Source: a virus (Duplodnaviria; Caudoviricetes). Taken from it: a stretch of DNA of 57,340 bases. The notes beneath the pieces were generated by a model that saw nothing but the letters and a program-made list of their open reading frames with translations, was not told where the DNA came from and did no database searches. The stretch lies in the IMG/VR virus record IMGVR_UViG_3300012001_000138, positions 1 through 57,340 of that record; one strand, written 5' to 3'. Shown here one piece after another: positions 27,232 to 37,163 of this stretch (the stretch's first letter is position 1; every line of letters starts with the position of its first letter). Position numbers and translations under genes: made by a program.

Positions 27232-27351
27232 GGTGGGCTCCTTTCGGGTGGGGGCGTCCCGTGGGGCCGCCTGTTGGTTGGTGTTTCATGTACCCACTAA
27301 GCGTAACACCGCTACACCTGTTCTTGTCTCTCCCGAATCCGAAAGGACCCC

Positions 27352-27885
27352 GTGACCCGATTCAACCCCCACGACGGCGCAGCCCTCGAAGGCACCGAGA
27401 AAGCCGTCAAAGCATGGGAAGCCCGCAAACTCGGCGCCACCCTCGCCCAAGCCGCGAAAGTCGCAGGCTACGCCAACCGCGGAGCAGCACACAACGCCAT
27501 CAGCACCCTCAAACGCGGCCTCCAGATCGAAGCCGCCGAAGAGATGGTGGCCATGGAAAGCGAACGGCTCGACGGTTACCTGTTCGCCCTCGCCACCAAG
27601 ATCAAGGCCGGGGACGAGAAGGCCATCAACACCGCCATCAAAATCAGTGAACGCCGGGCCAAACTCCTCGGCCTCGACGACTTCGAACGGCGCATGGCTG
27701 AGGTCAACGAACGCAAGATGGCCCTGCAGGAACGGGACGCCGTCGCCGTCGCCACGATGATGGCCAACGTCATCCGGAAGCTGGAGCTGGACCCGGATAA
27801 GACCGGCCTCGCCCGGGAACTGGTCATGGCCGAACTTAAGGCCCTTGGCACCGCCTCCCAGACCATTGAAGGCGAACTCGCATGA
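27352..27885 (+). CDS. terS: Terminase small subunit
   Basis: HTH (GATLAQAAKVAGY), ERLD, ISERRAKLLGLD; upstream of terL. Confidence 0.75.
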   Translation: MTRFNPHDGAALEGTEKAVKAWEARKLGATLAQAAKVAGYANRGAAHNAISTLKRGLQIEAAEEMVAMESERLDGYLFALATKIKAGDEKAINTAIKISERRAKLLGLDDFERRMAEVNERKMALQERDAVAVATMMANVIRKLELDPDKTGLARELVMAELKALGTASQTIEGELA

Positions 27886-27995
27886 CGCCCACTAGGCACC
27901 AGTTGCGCCGCCCATTAGTGACCGGTACAGTTCCTCTAGGATTGATCGAACTGTCACCGGGACCCCCGTAAAGAATCCTGTGACAGGAGACCCCC

Positions 27996-29477
27996 TTGCT
28001 CGACGTGGACCTCGTCGCCGCCCAATTCGACCAGATCATGGACACGGGCGAGAAGAAACCCAAGTGGGAGACCCCCGGGGACCTCGCAGCGTTCCTCAAC
28101 ACCAAGACCGTCCAGACCGAAGCCCTCGACCTCATCGACGAGGAACTCGTCAAGGCCTTCAACACCCCCGACGCGCGCCTCATCATCAGCGTCCCCCCGC
28201 AGGAGGGCAAGTCCACCCGCTGCGGCGTGTTCTTCCCCCTCTGGGTCCTCACCCAGAAGCCCGGGACCCGCATGGTCATGACCTCGTTCTCGGACCGGCT
28301 GGCCAAACGCAACAGCCGTGACGTGCGCAACCACATTGTCAGTGACGGCGGCAAGCTCGGGCTGGCCATGTCCCACGACGTCGCCAATCAGGCCGAGTGG
28401 CAGGTCGCCGGGGACCGTGGCGGCATGTACGCCGTGTCCGTCGGTGGTGCCCTCACCGGCCAGCCCGCAGACCTCCTCATCATCGATGACCCCCACAAGG
28501 GCGCGAAGGAAGCCGACTCCGAGACGCAGCGCGAGGACGTGTTCGAGTGGTGGACCTCCACCGCCTCCACCCGTCTGGCCCCCGGCGCGCCCGTCGTGCT
28601 GATCCTGACCCGCTGGCACGAGGACGACCTCGCCGGAAAGCTCATGGCCGCCGAGGACGGCGACATTTGGCGGTACATCAACATCCCCGCCCAAGCCGAC
28701 CACAACCCGGACAAGGGTGAGGAAGACGCGCTCGGCCGCCAGCCCGGGGAATGGCTGAACTCCGCCCGCAAACGGACCGTCGCCCAGTGGGAGGCCATCA
28801 AGAAGCGGATCGGTGGCCGCCCCCGCATCTGGAACGCCCTCTACCAAGGCCGCCCCTCCGCGACCGAAGGCTCCCTGTTCAAACGGGTCTGGTGGAAGTC
28901 CTACGACACCCCCATGTGGACCAAGCACGCGGACGGTTCGTACACCATCCCGGAGGGCTCCGGGACCCTCGTCATGAGCTGGGACATGACGTTCAAGGAA
29001 ACCAAGGGCTCCGACTATGTGGTCGGGCAAGTCTGGTTGCACCGCGGCCCGAACGTCTACCTCGTCGATCAGGTCCGCAAACGCATGGGCTTCTCCGCGA
29101 CCGTCAAGGCCGTCGAAGCCCTCGTGGCCAAGTGGCCGCAATGCGCCACCAAACTCGTCGAGGACAAAGCCAACGGCACTGCAGTCCTTGACGTGCTGCG
29201 CACCAAAATGCCGGGCCTGATCGCTATCTCCCCCAGCGAATCCAAGACGGCGAGGGCCGAAGCGGTCACCCCGTTCATTGAGGCCGGAAACGTCCACCTC
29301 CCCTCGTTCCTGCCGTTCGCGGAGGAACTCATCGAGGAAGCCGCGGCGTTCCCGACCGGCGCCCACGACGACCAAGTGGACACCCTCACCCAAGCACTCA
29401 ACCGAATCTTCATCCGTGGCGGACGCGCCGCTGGCTGGCTCTCCTTCATGCGGGAGGCCAGCACAACAACCGAATAG
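27996..29477 (+). CDS. terL: Terminase large subunit
   Basis: VPPQEGKST (Walker A), LLIIDDPHK (Walker B), TRWHEDDL, ALYQGRP, SWD, EDKANG, HDDQVD. Confidence 0.95.
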   Translation: MLDVDLVAAQFDQIMDTGEKKPKWETPGDLAAFLNTKTVQTEALDLIDEELVKAFNTPDARLIISVPPQEGKSTRCGVFFPLWVLTQKPGTRMVMTSFSDRLAKRNSRDVRNHIVSDGGKLGLAMSHDVANQAEWQVAGDRGGMYAVSVGGALTGQPADLLIIDDPHKGAKEADSETQREDVFEWWTSTASTRLAPGAPVVLILTRWHEDDLAGKLMAAEDGDIWRYINIPAQADHNPDKGEEDALGRQPGEWLNSARKRTVAQWEAIKKRIGGRPRIWNALYQGRPSATEGSLFKRVWWKSYDTPMWTKHADGSYTIPEGSGTLVMSWDMTFKETKGSDYVVGQVWLHRGPNVYLVDQVRKRMGFSATVKAVEALVAKWPQCATKLVEDKANGTAVLDVLRTKMPGLIAISPSESKTARAEAVTPFIEAGNVHLPSFLPFAEELIEEAAAFPTGAHDDQVDTLTQALNRIFIRGGRAAGWLSFMREASTTTE

Positions 29478-29488
29478 AAGGAGGCCTC

Positions 29489-32470
29489 GTGGGCTGGCTT
29501 GAACAACTGGGACTCCGGAAGTCCGTGAACAGCCCCGAGCAGCGGGAACAGGTCGCCATCGCCACCGCGGCCGCCCGCACCCAGATGGAAGGGACGGCCT
29601 TCTCCCCCGGCGTCCCCATCCAGCCCTTCGAGGGTGTTGGCGGGCCCGCGAAGGCGTGGGCGGTCCCGGCAGGGTACAACATCAGGTCCCGCCCGCAACG
29701 TGATTCCCGGCTGTCCTTTGAAATCCTCAAAGCCCTCACGGACTCCTACGACGTCGCGTCCATGTGCATCGCGCACCGCATCAACTCGATCCGGTCCCTT
29801 GAATGGTCCATCGTGCCCGCGGACGGTTTGGACGGGAACATTGAGGAAGCCGTCAGGATCGCCACCCGCCACATGAAACGCCCGGACGGGGCCCGGTCCT
29901 TCCGCACATGGCTGGCCATGTACCTCGAAGACATTCTCCGCTACGACGCGGGCACCCTGCATAAGCGCCGGGACCGTATCGGCCGGGTCATCGGCCTTGA
30001 GGTCGTCTCCGGGTACACCATTGCCCCGGTACTGGACATCTTTGGGCGCCGCCCGGTCGGGGACGCCCCCGCGTTCGTGCAGTTCGTGAACGGTACGGCG
30101 TGGAAGTGGTTCACGGCCGCGGACCTCATCTACGAACCGTTCCGCCCGCAGGCTGACTCCCCGTATGGTGTCGCGCCGTTGGAAGCTGTCATCCTCGCCG
30201 TGAACACGGACCTGAGGTTCCAGCAGCACTTCCTGAACTACTTCACCGAGGGCACCGTCCCGGAGGGCTTCATCATCCTCCCGGAGGAAGCGTCGCAGGC
30301 CACGCAGCTCAAAGAGTTCCAAGAGGTTTTCGACTCGTACATGTACGGGGACATGGCGGCTAAACGCCAGCTCAAGGTCCTGCCCGGCGGGGCGGACGTC
30401 AAGTTCTCCAAGGACGCGACGTTCGACTCGAACTTCGCCGAGTTCCTCATGCGCAAAGTCTTCGCCGCCTACCACGTCCAGCCCCAAGAACTCGGCTACA
30501 CCATGGACGTCAACAGGTCCACCGGCGACAACCAAGAGGACATCAGTTTCCGCACCGGGGACCTCCCCATCATCAACCACATCCAAGACATCCTCAACGA
30601 GTACCTCCAACTGGACCTTGGCCTGCCGGTCAAGTTCCAGTTCGACACGGGCAAGGAGACCGAGGACAAGGTCGCGGTCGCGCAGGCGGACAAGATTCAC
30701 ATCGAGCTCGGTGTCGTGTCCGTGGACGAGGTCCGGGAGATGCGGTACGGCCTCCCGGCCGACGCTGAGAACCGGGTGCCCCGCTTCATCCTTGGCACGG
30801 GTAACGCCGTGCCCATCCCCCTCCGGTCCATCATCGCCTCCGCCGGGGCGACGGACCCGGAGACCGCTGCACCGTTGGAGGGCACTCTGGTTGACGCCAG
30901 CACCGGCCCTGCCCCGGCTGTAGCCCCTGCACTCCCTGTCGGGGGTGAACATCAGAAGGTCTCCATCTCCTCAGACGGGCCCACACCGGGGAGGGTTGCA
31001 GTTACGCCCGCCCCGGTCACCGGGCCAAGCGTTGCCACAGGAACGGCCTCGGATGCGACCCCCGGCGGGGCCATTACTAAGTCGGGACCTGTTGCGGCCG
31101 GGCTTGCGCTCAAGGCCGCGGACACGGGCCGGGTCCTCATGATCCAACGGACCCTTGACCCGGAGGACCCTGCGGCTGGCCGGTGGGAGTTCCCCGGCGG
31201 CCACATCGAGGACGGGGAAGCCCCTGAGGCTGCGGCCGTGCGTGAGTGGGGCGAAGAAACCGGGCTCACCCTCCCGGCTGACGCGGCCCCTGTTGGCGCG
31301 TGGGCGACCCCTGACGGCGTCTACGCAGGCTACGTCTACAAGGTCCCCGCTGAGGCTGCCATCCCCATCAACACCGGCGACGGTGAAGACGGGGAGACCC
31401 TCGCATGGTTCGACCCTGCCCACCTTGACGGGTTCCCCGCACTCCGGGACGAACTCGCCCGGGACCTCCCCACGGACGCCCTCGCCAAGGGCCTCCGCAA
31501 GGAGCTGGAGCAGTGGCGGTCCAACACCCTCACCCGGCTCAAGCGTGGCCAGTCGCCGCGCCGCTACCGGGGCGCGGAGTACCTGCCTGCCGCTGCGGTG
31601 GACGCCATTTGGGGCGCACTGCAGAAGACGCAGGACAGTGGCAACGCGGGCGGCATCTTTGACGCCGCCATGGAAGCCGCCGTCGGCGCCGCCGCTGGTG
31701 GTGGTAACCCAAAAGCGCTACCCGCCCCTAGCTGGCGGGACGCGCCCCCGGTAGCCACCCCGCAGCACGACGTGGACCTGCAACTCACGGACCACTACAC
31801 GGAGCAGTTACAGGCCGCGTTACGGGCCTTCCTGTCCCCGGAGGCTGTGGCGGCGGCCATCGAGCACCACATTGAGGCGCCCCTCGTGCATTCCATCGAG
31901 ACGGCCCTCGCGGAGGGTGCGACCCCGCAGTCGCTCTCCACGGTGCTCAACGAGATGATCCGGGACGCCTACGGGGCCGGGGAGATGGCCGCGAAGGTCC
32001 AGCTCGGGCAAGACGTCCCGGGCTGGTCCATCTGGGCCCCGGGCACCCCGCCCGAGGCCCTGCACGCTGACCTGTCGTGGGAACAGGCCCTCCAGCAGGC
32101 CCGCATCAGCCTCAAGGGCATCTCGGACACCACGTTCGAACGCATCGGCCGGATCATCGAGGACGGCGTGGACGAAGGCCATTCCGTGGACCGGATGGCC
32201 CACGCCATCGGGGAGTTCCTTGAGGACTACGACCGGGCCGAAGTCATTGCCCACACCGAATCGGCCCGCATGATCTCCCTCGCCACCTCAGCCCAGTACC
32301 GGGCCGACGGGATCGCCTCGTGGGACTGGATCATCTCAGCCGGTGCCTGCACGTACTGCACGGACAGGTTCGACCAGAACCCGCACCCCATGGGCGCACC
32401 AACCCCGCCCGGTCACCCCCGCTGCCGCTGCTCCATGGCGCCCAGCAAAACACCCCTCACCACCCCATAA
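29489..32470 (+). CDS. Portal protein fused to a NUDIX hydrolase and a MuF (head morphogenesis) domain
   Basis: Portal YGVAPLE, YFTEGTVPEG, VDEVRE; NUDIX box WEFPGGHIEDGEAPEAAAVREWGEETGL; MuF RAEVIAHTE...CTYC...HPRCRC. Confidence 0.85.
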   Translation: MGWLEQLGLRKSVNSPEQREQVAIATAAARTQMEGTAFSPGVPIQPFEGVGGPAKAWAVPAGYNIRSRPQRDSRLSFEILKALTDSYDVASMCIAHRINSIRSLEWSIVPADGLDGNIEEAVRIATRHMKRPDGARSFRTWLAMYLEDILRYDAGTLHKRRDRIGRVIGLEVVSGYTIAPVLDIFGRRPVGDAPAFVQFVNGTAWKWFTAADLIYEPFRPQADSPYGVAPLEAVILAVNTDLRFQQHFLNYFTEGTVPEGFIILPEEASQATQLKEFQEVFDSYMYGDMAAKRQLKVLPGGADVKFSKDATFDSNFAEFLMRKVFAAYHVQPQELGYTMDVNRSTGDNQEDISFRTGDLPIINHIQDILNEYLQLDLGLPVKFQFDTGKETEDKVAVAQADKIHIELGVVSVDEVREMRYGLPADAENRVPRFILGTGNAVPIPLRSIIASAGATDPETAAPLEGTLVDASTGPAPAVAPALPVGGEHQKVSISSDGPTPGRVAVTPAPVTGPSVATGTASDATPGGAITKSGPVAAGLALKAADTGRVLMIQRTLDPEDPAAGRWEFPGGHIEDGEAPEAAAVREWGEETGLTLPADAAPVGAWATPDGVYAGYVYKVPAEAAIPINTGDGEDGETLAWFDPAHLDGFPALRDELARDLPTDALAKGLRKELEQWRSNTLTRLKRGQSPRRYRGAEYLPAAAVDAIWGALQKTQDSGNAGGIFDAAMEAAVGAAAGGGNPKALPAPSWRDAPPVATPQHDVDLQLTDHYTEQLQAALRAFLSPEAVAAAIEHHIEAPLVHSIETALAEGATPQSLSTVLNEMIRDAYGAGEMAAKVQLGQDVPGWSIWAPGTPPEALHADLSWEQALQQARISLKGISDTTFERIGRIIEDGVDEGHSVDRMAHAIGEFLEDYDRAEVIAHTESARMISLATSAQYRADGIASWDWIISAGACTYCTDRFDQNPHPMGAPTPPGHPRCRCSMAPSKTPLTTP

Positions 32471-32481
32471 GGAGCCCCCAC

Positions 32482-32826
32482 ATGGCTAACTACACCTACA
32501 CCCTGCCCGGGTCCACCGACGGTTTCACGGCCGTCCTGTACGTGGACCCGGCCTGCACCGTCCCGGCGACCGTGACGGCACTGAACGGGGCGCCCATCCC
32601 GGACTCCGTCGTGGTGGCCGGGCGCGACGGGGCATCGTTCCAGTCCGCGTCCAGCCCGCTCTACACCCCGGCCGCTGACGGGACCGCGACGGTCCTAAAC
32701 CCGGCACTGAACTTCGCCACCCCGTCCGCCGTAACCGGGGCGAAGGGCGCGAACGCCGCGCTGGGCTCCCTCATTACGGCCCTGATCGCGGTGGGCATCC
32801 CCATCACAGACCAGACCACGGCCTAA
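32482..32826 (+). CDS. Small head-module protein
   Basis: TAAGGAG RBS; MANYTYT. Confidence 0.6.
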   Translation: MANYTYTLPGSTDGFTAVLYVDPACTVPATVTALNGAPIPDSVVVAGRDGASFQSASSPLYTPAADGTATVLNPALNFATPSAVTGAKGANAALGSLITALIAVGIPITDQTTA

Positions 32827-33200
32827 TGAGCGACGCGCCCGCCCGGTACGTCCTCGGCGTGGCCTACCCCGCGAACCGGGTGGACGGGCACGACGAGTTC
32901 ATGACCGCCCCCACGGTGCAGAAAGCCGCGTGGGGATACATCGCGAAGGGCCAGATCGGTCTCCACCACGCGGACGGCACCACCGGCCACGCGGAGGTCG
33001 TCGAGTCCTACATCTACAGAGGGCCCGACTGGACGCAGACCGCCGCGGACGGGTCCACGCAGGTCATCAAGTCCGGCGACTGGCTCGTCGGCGCCATCTT
33101 CGACGAGCCCACATGGGCTGACGTCCAGTCCGGCAAGTTCAACGGCTGGTCCATTCAAGGGCTCGCCGCCCGCCGCCCCTCACAGGAAGAAACCCCATGA
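32826..33200 (+). CDS. XkdF-like prohead maturation protease
   Basis: VLGVAYP, DGHDEF, VQKAAW, VVESYI, GDWLVG, GKFNGWSIQG. Confidence 0.85.
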   Translation: MSDAPARYVLGVAYPANRVDGHDEFMTAPTVQKAAWGYIAKGQIGLHHADGTTGHAEVVESYIYRGPDWTQTAADGSTQVIKSGDWLVGAIFDEPTWADVQSGKFNGWSIQGLAARRPSQEETP

Positions 33201-34375
33201 GCACTGAACTCATCAACCCCGACATTGACAGGGTGGACGCCGTGTCCGGCCCCGCCACCGGCATCCCGTTCCTCATGTTCAAGAACGCCGACGGCGGGCC
33301 GGTGGCCAAGGCCAGCGACGACGCGGAGGACGTGGCCGAAGAGGTCGCTGAGGCTGACGGCCCCAACATCGACGGCACCCCCGTCGCGGACGCGGACATC
33401 GTCGAAGCCTCACCGGGTGACCCTGCATGGGAGGCCGTGGACGCTGCCAAGGCCCGCGTCGCCGTGGCAGGCCTCGCGGCACTGCAGAGCCTCGTCGAGG
33501 AGCTCTCCCAGCGCGAAGCCGCGGAGGGTACTGAGGACCGTTGGGACCTCTGCGACGCCGGTGAGGCACTGGAGTTCGCCCTCGGTGTGCTGGCCCGCTT
33601 CTCCGTCACGGAGCAGCTTGAGGCTGACGACGCGGCCGAGGCTGTGGACGTTGCCAAGAGCCGCGCCGAGCAGGTCCTCAAGGCCCTTCACCTTGAAGTC
33701 CACGAAGGAACCCCCGCCAAGCCGGAGCCCGGGGCTGTAGACCCTGTAGCCCCCGTGGTGGACGCCATGGCCCCCGAGGTCCCCGAAGCTCCGGTGGCAC
33801 CGGCCGAACCGGTCCCGCCGGTCGCCAAGGCCGGTGAGCCGCTCCCGTCCGGGCTGCAGGAAATCCTCGACACGTTCGTGGAGTCCTACTCCGCCTACAA
33901 GGAAGCGCAGGACACGGGCGCGGAGTCCGGCGTGGAAGCGTCCGACTTCACCGAGGCCGCACCCGCAGAAGCCCCCGTCGCGGACGCAATCACCCCGGAA
34001 GCTCCAGTTACCCCCGAGGCGCCTACCGTCCCGGCAGCGCCCGAGCCTGCCCCGCCCGTCGCACCCCACGAGCCACCGGCCGCCCCCGCTGAGGAGGACC
34101 CGGCCGAGAAGCTCAAGAAATCCATGCAGGACGCCATCACCGAGGCCGTCAAAGCCGCGACCGCGCCGCTCCTGAAACAGATCGACGTCCTCGAACGGAC
34201 GCCCGTAGATTCCGGCCCCATGCTGGCCGGTCAACAGCCCGGCACGGCCGGGCAGCCCTTGGTTCGCGGACAGGAAGAAGGCGCGGTGGCAAAGGGACTC
34301 ACGTCCGCCACAGCGCAGGCCGCACCCGGAACAAACGCCCTCGCAGACGGCATCAAAGCCCTCTACCGGCGGTAA
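33197..34375 (+). CDS. Capsid scaffolding-like protein (acidic, Pro/Ala-rich)
   Basis: IDRVDAVSGPATGIPFLMFK N-terminus; between protease and MCP. Confidence 0.6.
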   Translation: MSTELINPDIDRVDAVSGPATGIPFLMFKNADGGPVAKASDDAEDVAEEVAEADGPNIDGTPVADADIVEASPGDPAWEAVDAAKARVAVAGLAALQSLVEELSQREAAEGTEDRWDLCDAGEALEFALGVLARFSVTEQLEADDAAEAVDVAKSRAEQVLKALHLEVHEGTPAKPEPGAVDPVAPVVDAMAPEVPEAPVAPAEPVPPVAKAGEPLPSGLQEILDTFVESYSAYKEAQDTGAESGVEASDFTEAAPAEAPVADAITPEAPVTPEAPTVPAAPEPAPPVAPHEPPAAPAEEDPAEKLKKSMQDAITEAVKAATAPLLKQIDVLERTPVDSGPMLAGQQPGTAGQPLVRGQEEGAVAKGLTSATAQAAPGTNALADGIKALYRR

Positions 34376-34417
34376 CCAGCACCACCCCCAAACCCGCTTC
34401 ATCCTGAAAGGAACCCC

Positions 34418-35914
34418 ATGACCACCCCCATGGAAGCACTCAGCGCCGACACGCTGGAATCCATCAAGAAGGCCCAGACGACCGGCATCACCGTCGGCAC
34501 CGGCATCACCGGTGTTGACCTGTCCGGCCTCATCAGCCTCATCCCCGTCCGCACCCCCCTGTTCGACCGCATCCAGCGCGTCACCGGTGCTGGCTCGGAC
34601 AACGCCTCGTGGAAGGCGCTGACGAACATGAACACGCAGCAGCCTTCCCCGTTCGCCGGGCGTGAAGCCGGTGGTAAGAAAGTCGTGTTCAACGAGGCAC
34701 AGGTCTACGCCCAGTACCAGCCGCTCCGCATGGTCGGCCAGTACACCCTCGACGCCCGCGACCTCGCCAAGGACTACGCGGACGTCAAGGCCATCTCCGT
34801 GGCCGGGACGATGCACCAGTGGAAGATCGCCGCGAACAAGGCGTACCACGGCGCGCAGGCGTTCGCGCTCCCGGCCATCGGCACCGTGACCCTGACCGAA
34901 CTGACCTCCGGCGGCGTCATCCCGGCGTCCTCCCCGGTCTTCGTCAAGGCGCAGGCCCGCTCCGGCCAGAACTACTACTGGCCCAACTGGGACGGCACCG
35001 CCGGTTCCGGCATCGCCTCCGCCGAGGCGACCCTGACCACGGCTGCCGCCGCCGGTCACTCCGTCGTCGCAGCCGTCGCCGAAGTCCCGGGCGCTTTCGC
35101 CTACGACTGGTTCGTCTCCGGCACCACCGGTACTGAGAAGTACTACACCACGACCACCGTGAACACCGTGACCATCACGGTCGTCCCGACGGTGAACGCC
35201 GCGACTGCCCCGAAGATCCCCGCCATGACCACGGTGGTCCCCACCGCCCCCGCGACCGTGGACACCACCATCGGTAAGGGCTCGGACGGCACCATCTCCG
35301 CGTTCAACGGCCTCCACGCCACCCTGTACGGCGACTACGGCGCCAACTCCCTCGTCACCAAGGGCACGGGCACCGCCTCCGGCGCGACCCTGATCTCCCT
35401 TGACGGCGGCAAGCTCACCCTTGGTGGACAGGGCGTCAACGAGATTGACAACCTCCTCATCGCCCTCTGGGAGTCCGCCGACCTGTCCCCGTCCGGTCTG
35501 ATCATGAACGGTCAGCAGTCCAAGGACATCGCGGCCCGCGTGTTCTCGGCCGGTGCGGCGTCCACGTTCCTGCAGCCGAACTCCGAGAACCGTATCGGCG
35601 TGACTGCCGGTGGTTCGGCCGCGCAGTACGTCAACCCGGTCACCGGCGACGTCATCCCGATCATCGTGGACCCCCACGCCCCGGCCGGTCGCATCGCGGC
35701 CATCACCGATCACGTGGAGTACCCGAACGCGGGCATCACCAACACGCTGGAGGCCCGCACGCTCCGCGACGTGTCCCAGTGGGACTACGCCGTCGCGCAC
35801 GCGGTGGGCGCTGGTGGCGGCCCGGCTGAGGTGTGGGACGTGTCCTCGATGGAGACGTTCGTGAACCGCGCCCCGGTCACCATGGGCGTCATCTCGAACA
35901 TCTCCAAGGGCTAG
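34418..35914 (+). CDS. Major capsid protein with inserted Thr/Ala-rich beta domain
   Basis: Position, strong RBS, highly biased codons, LIPVRTPLFDRIQRV; followed by a hairpin. Confidence 0.8.
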   Translation: MTTPMEALSADTLESIKKAQTTGITVGTGITGVDLSGLISLIPVRTPLFDRIQRVTGAGSDNASWKALTNMNTQQPSPFAGREAGGKKVVFNEAQVYAQYQPLRMVGQYTLDARDLAKDYADVKAISVAGTMHQWKIAANKAYHGAQAFALPAIGTVTLTELTSGGVIPASSPVFVKAQARSGQNYYWPNWDGTAGSGIASAEATLTTAAAAGHSVVAAVAEVPGAFAYDWFVSGTTGTEKYYTTTTVNTVTITVVPTVNAATAPKIPAMTTVVPTAPATVDTTIGKGSDGTISAFNGLHATLYGDYGANSLVTKGTGTASGATLISLDGGKLTLGGQGVNEIDNLLIALWESADLSPSGLIMNGQQSKDIAARVFSAGAASTFLQPNSENRIGVTAGGSAAQYVNPVTGDVIPIIVDPHAPAGRIAAITDHVEYPNAGITNTLEARTLRDVSQWDYAVAHAVGAGGGPAEVWDVSSMETFVNRAPVTMGVISNISKG

Positions 35915-36017
35915 TCACTAGCCCCAGTTAGACCGGTGGGGCCTCGTCGCGAGGGGATACGCGGCGGGGCCCCACCCCCTTACACCCCACCCCCGACTTT
36001 TTTCAAGGAGCTTCCCC

Positions 36018-36275
36018 TTGCGCATCAAGCACACGACCGGCGCGGCCGGTTCCCTCGTTCACGACGGCGCTGTCTACGCACCGGAGGAGGACGGGTATTT
36101 CCGTATCCCGTTTGACCTCGCCCAGACCCTCCTCAAGCACCCGTTCTGGGAGGCCGAGCCTGCCGTGCCCGTCGTCCAGCCGGAGCCCGAGGAGCCCGAG
36201 TTGACCCCGGCCCAGAAGGGCGCCCTGACCAAGGCCGCCAAAGCCGCAGAAGCCGCCGACGCGGACGCCACCTAA
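36018..36275 (+). CDS. Small head-associated protein
   Basis: AAGGAG RBS, TTG start. Confidence 0.6.
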   Translation: MRIKHTTGAAGSLVHDGAVYAPEEDGYFRIPFDLAQTLLKHPFWEAEPAVPVVQPEPEEPELTPAQKGALTKAAKAAEAADADAT

Positions 36276-36299
36276 CCACCCCCCCCCTAGGAGGACGCC

Positions 36300-37163
36300 A
36301 TGTTCGTTGCACCCACCGCGGCCACCTACGCGACCCGCGTCCCGTACATCACCCCGGGTGAGTTCCGGGCCCACCCGACCGGGGTGGACACCAAGCAGCT
36401 CGTCCCGAGCGGGGACCCGGCGCAGAATGACCAAGCCCTCCTGCAGATCATCCGGCGGGCCTCCTCCTACGCCGACAGCATCGCCGAGAAAATACTGGCC
36501 GCGACGCTGGACACCCAATACGGGCGGTACACGCTCCAACGGGACGGGTCCGTTCGGGTCCCGCTGGACTTCTCCCCCATCGTGGCGGTTGACACGGTCA
36601 CGGCAGGGCTGCGGGCCGGGTCACAGATCGCGCTCGTGCAGGACGAGGACTGGTCGTTGGAAGGTCGCATCCTCTCCGTTCCCACCTCGTTATCTGCCGC
36701 GTCCGGGACCAAAGTCTTCGTGACCGTCAGGTACATCAACGGATGGTCCAACGCGGTCCTAACCGGGTCAGCGTTCGTCGGCGGGACCTCCGTAACCGTC
36801 TCCAACGGGCTCGGCCTCGTACCCGGCCTGACCCTGTCCCTGTCCGGGGACCGGACCTCCGAGTTCGTCGTTATCGCCCCGTCCTACGTCCCCTCCACTG
36901 CGCCGGGGCCGGTCACGGTCCCCCTCGCGACCCCACTCGCGTTCGGCTACGTGACCGGGGACGTGGCCACCGCCATCCCGGCATCCGTGAAACTCGCCGT
37001 CATCTTCCTAACCGCAGGCATCATCAAGGCCCGCGGCTCCGGCGGCCTCGTCATGGCCTCCACCCACGCGAACCCGGAGCAGGAAGCCTCGTTCCACGAC
37101 GTCGCGGGCACCGACCTTGCCATGGCCATCGACGCGCTCGCGCAGTACCGGCGGACCATCTGA
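36300..37163 (+). CDS. Head-to-tail adaptor
   Basis: PYITPGEF, IRRASSYAD, IPASVKLAVI, LAQYRR. Confidence 0.7.
   Translation: MFVAPTAATYATRVPYITPGEFRAHPTGVDTKQLVPSGDPAQNDQALLQIIRRASSYADSIAEKILAATLDTQYGRYTLQRDGSVRVPLDFSPIVAVDTVTAGLRAGSQIALVQDEDWSLEGRILSVPTSLSAASGTKVFVTVRYINGWSNAVLTGSAFVGGTSVTVSNGLGLVPGLTLSLSGDRTSEFVVIAPSYVPSTAPGPVTVPLATPLAFGYVTGDVATAIPASVKLAVIFLTAGIIKARGSGGLVMASTHANPEQEASFHDVAGTDLAMAIDALAQYRRTI

Noticed and set aside
33410-35800. 796-aa minus-strand ORF and other long antisense ORFs (e.g. 29069-30952, 27954-29393, 55377-56669)
   Set aside because: Typical high-GC shadow frames opposite well-supported genes, with no motifs.
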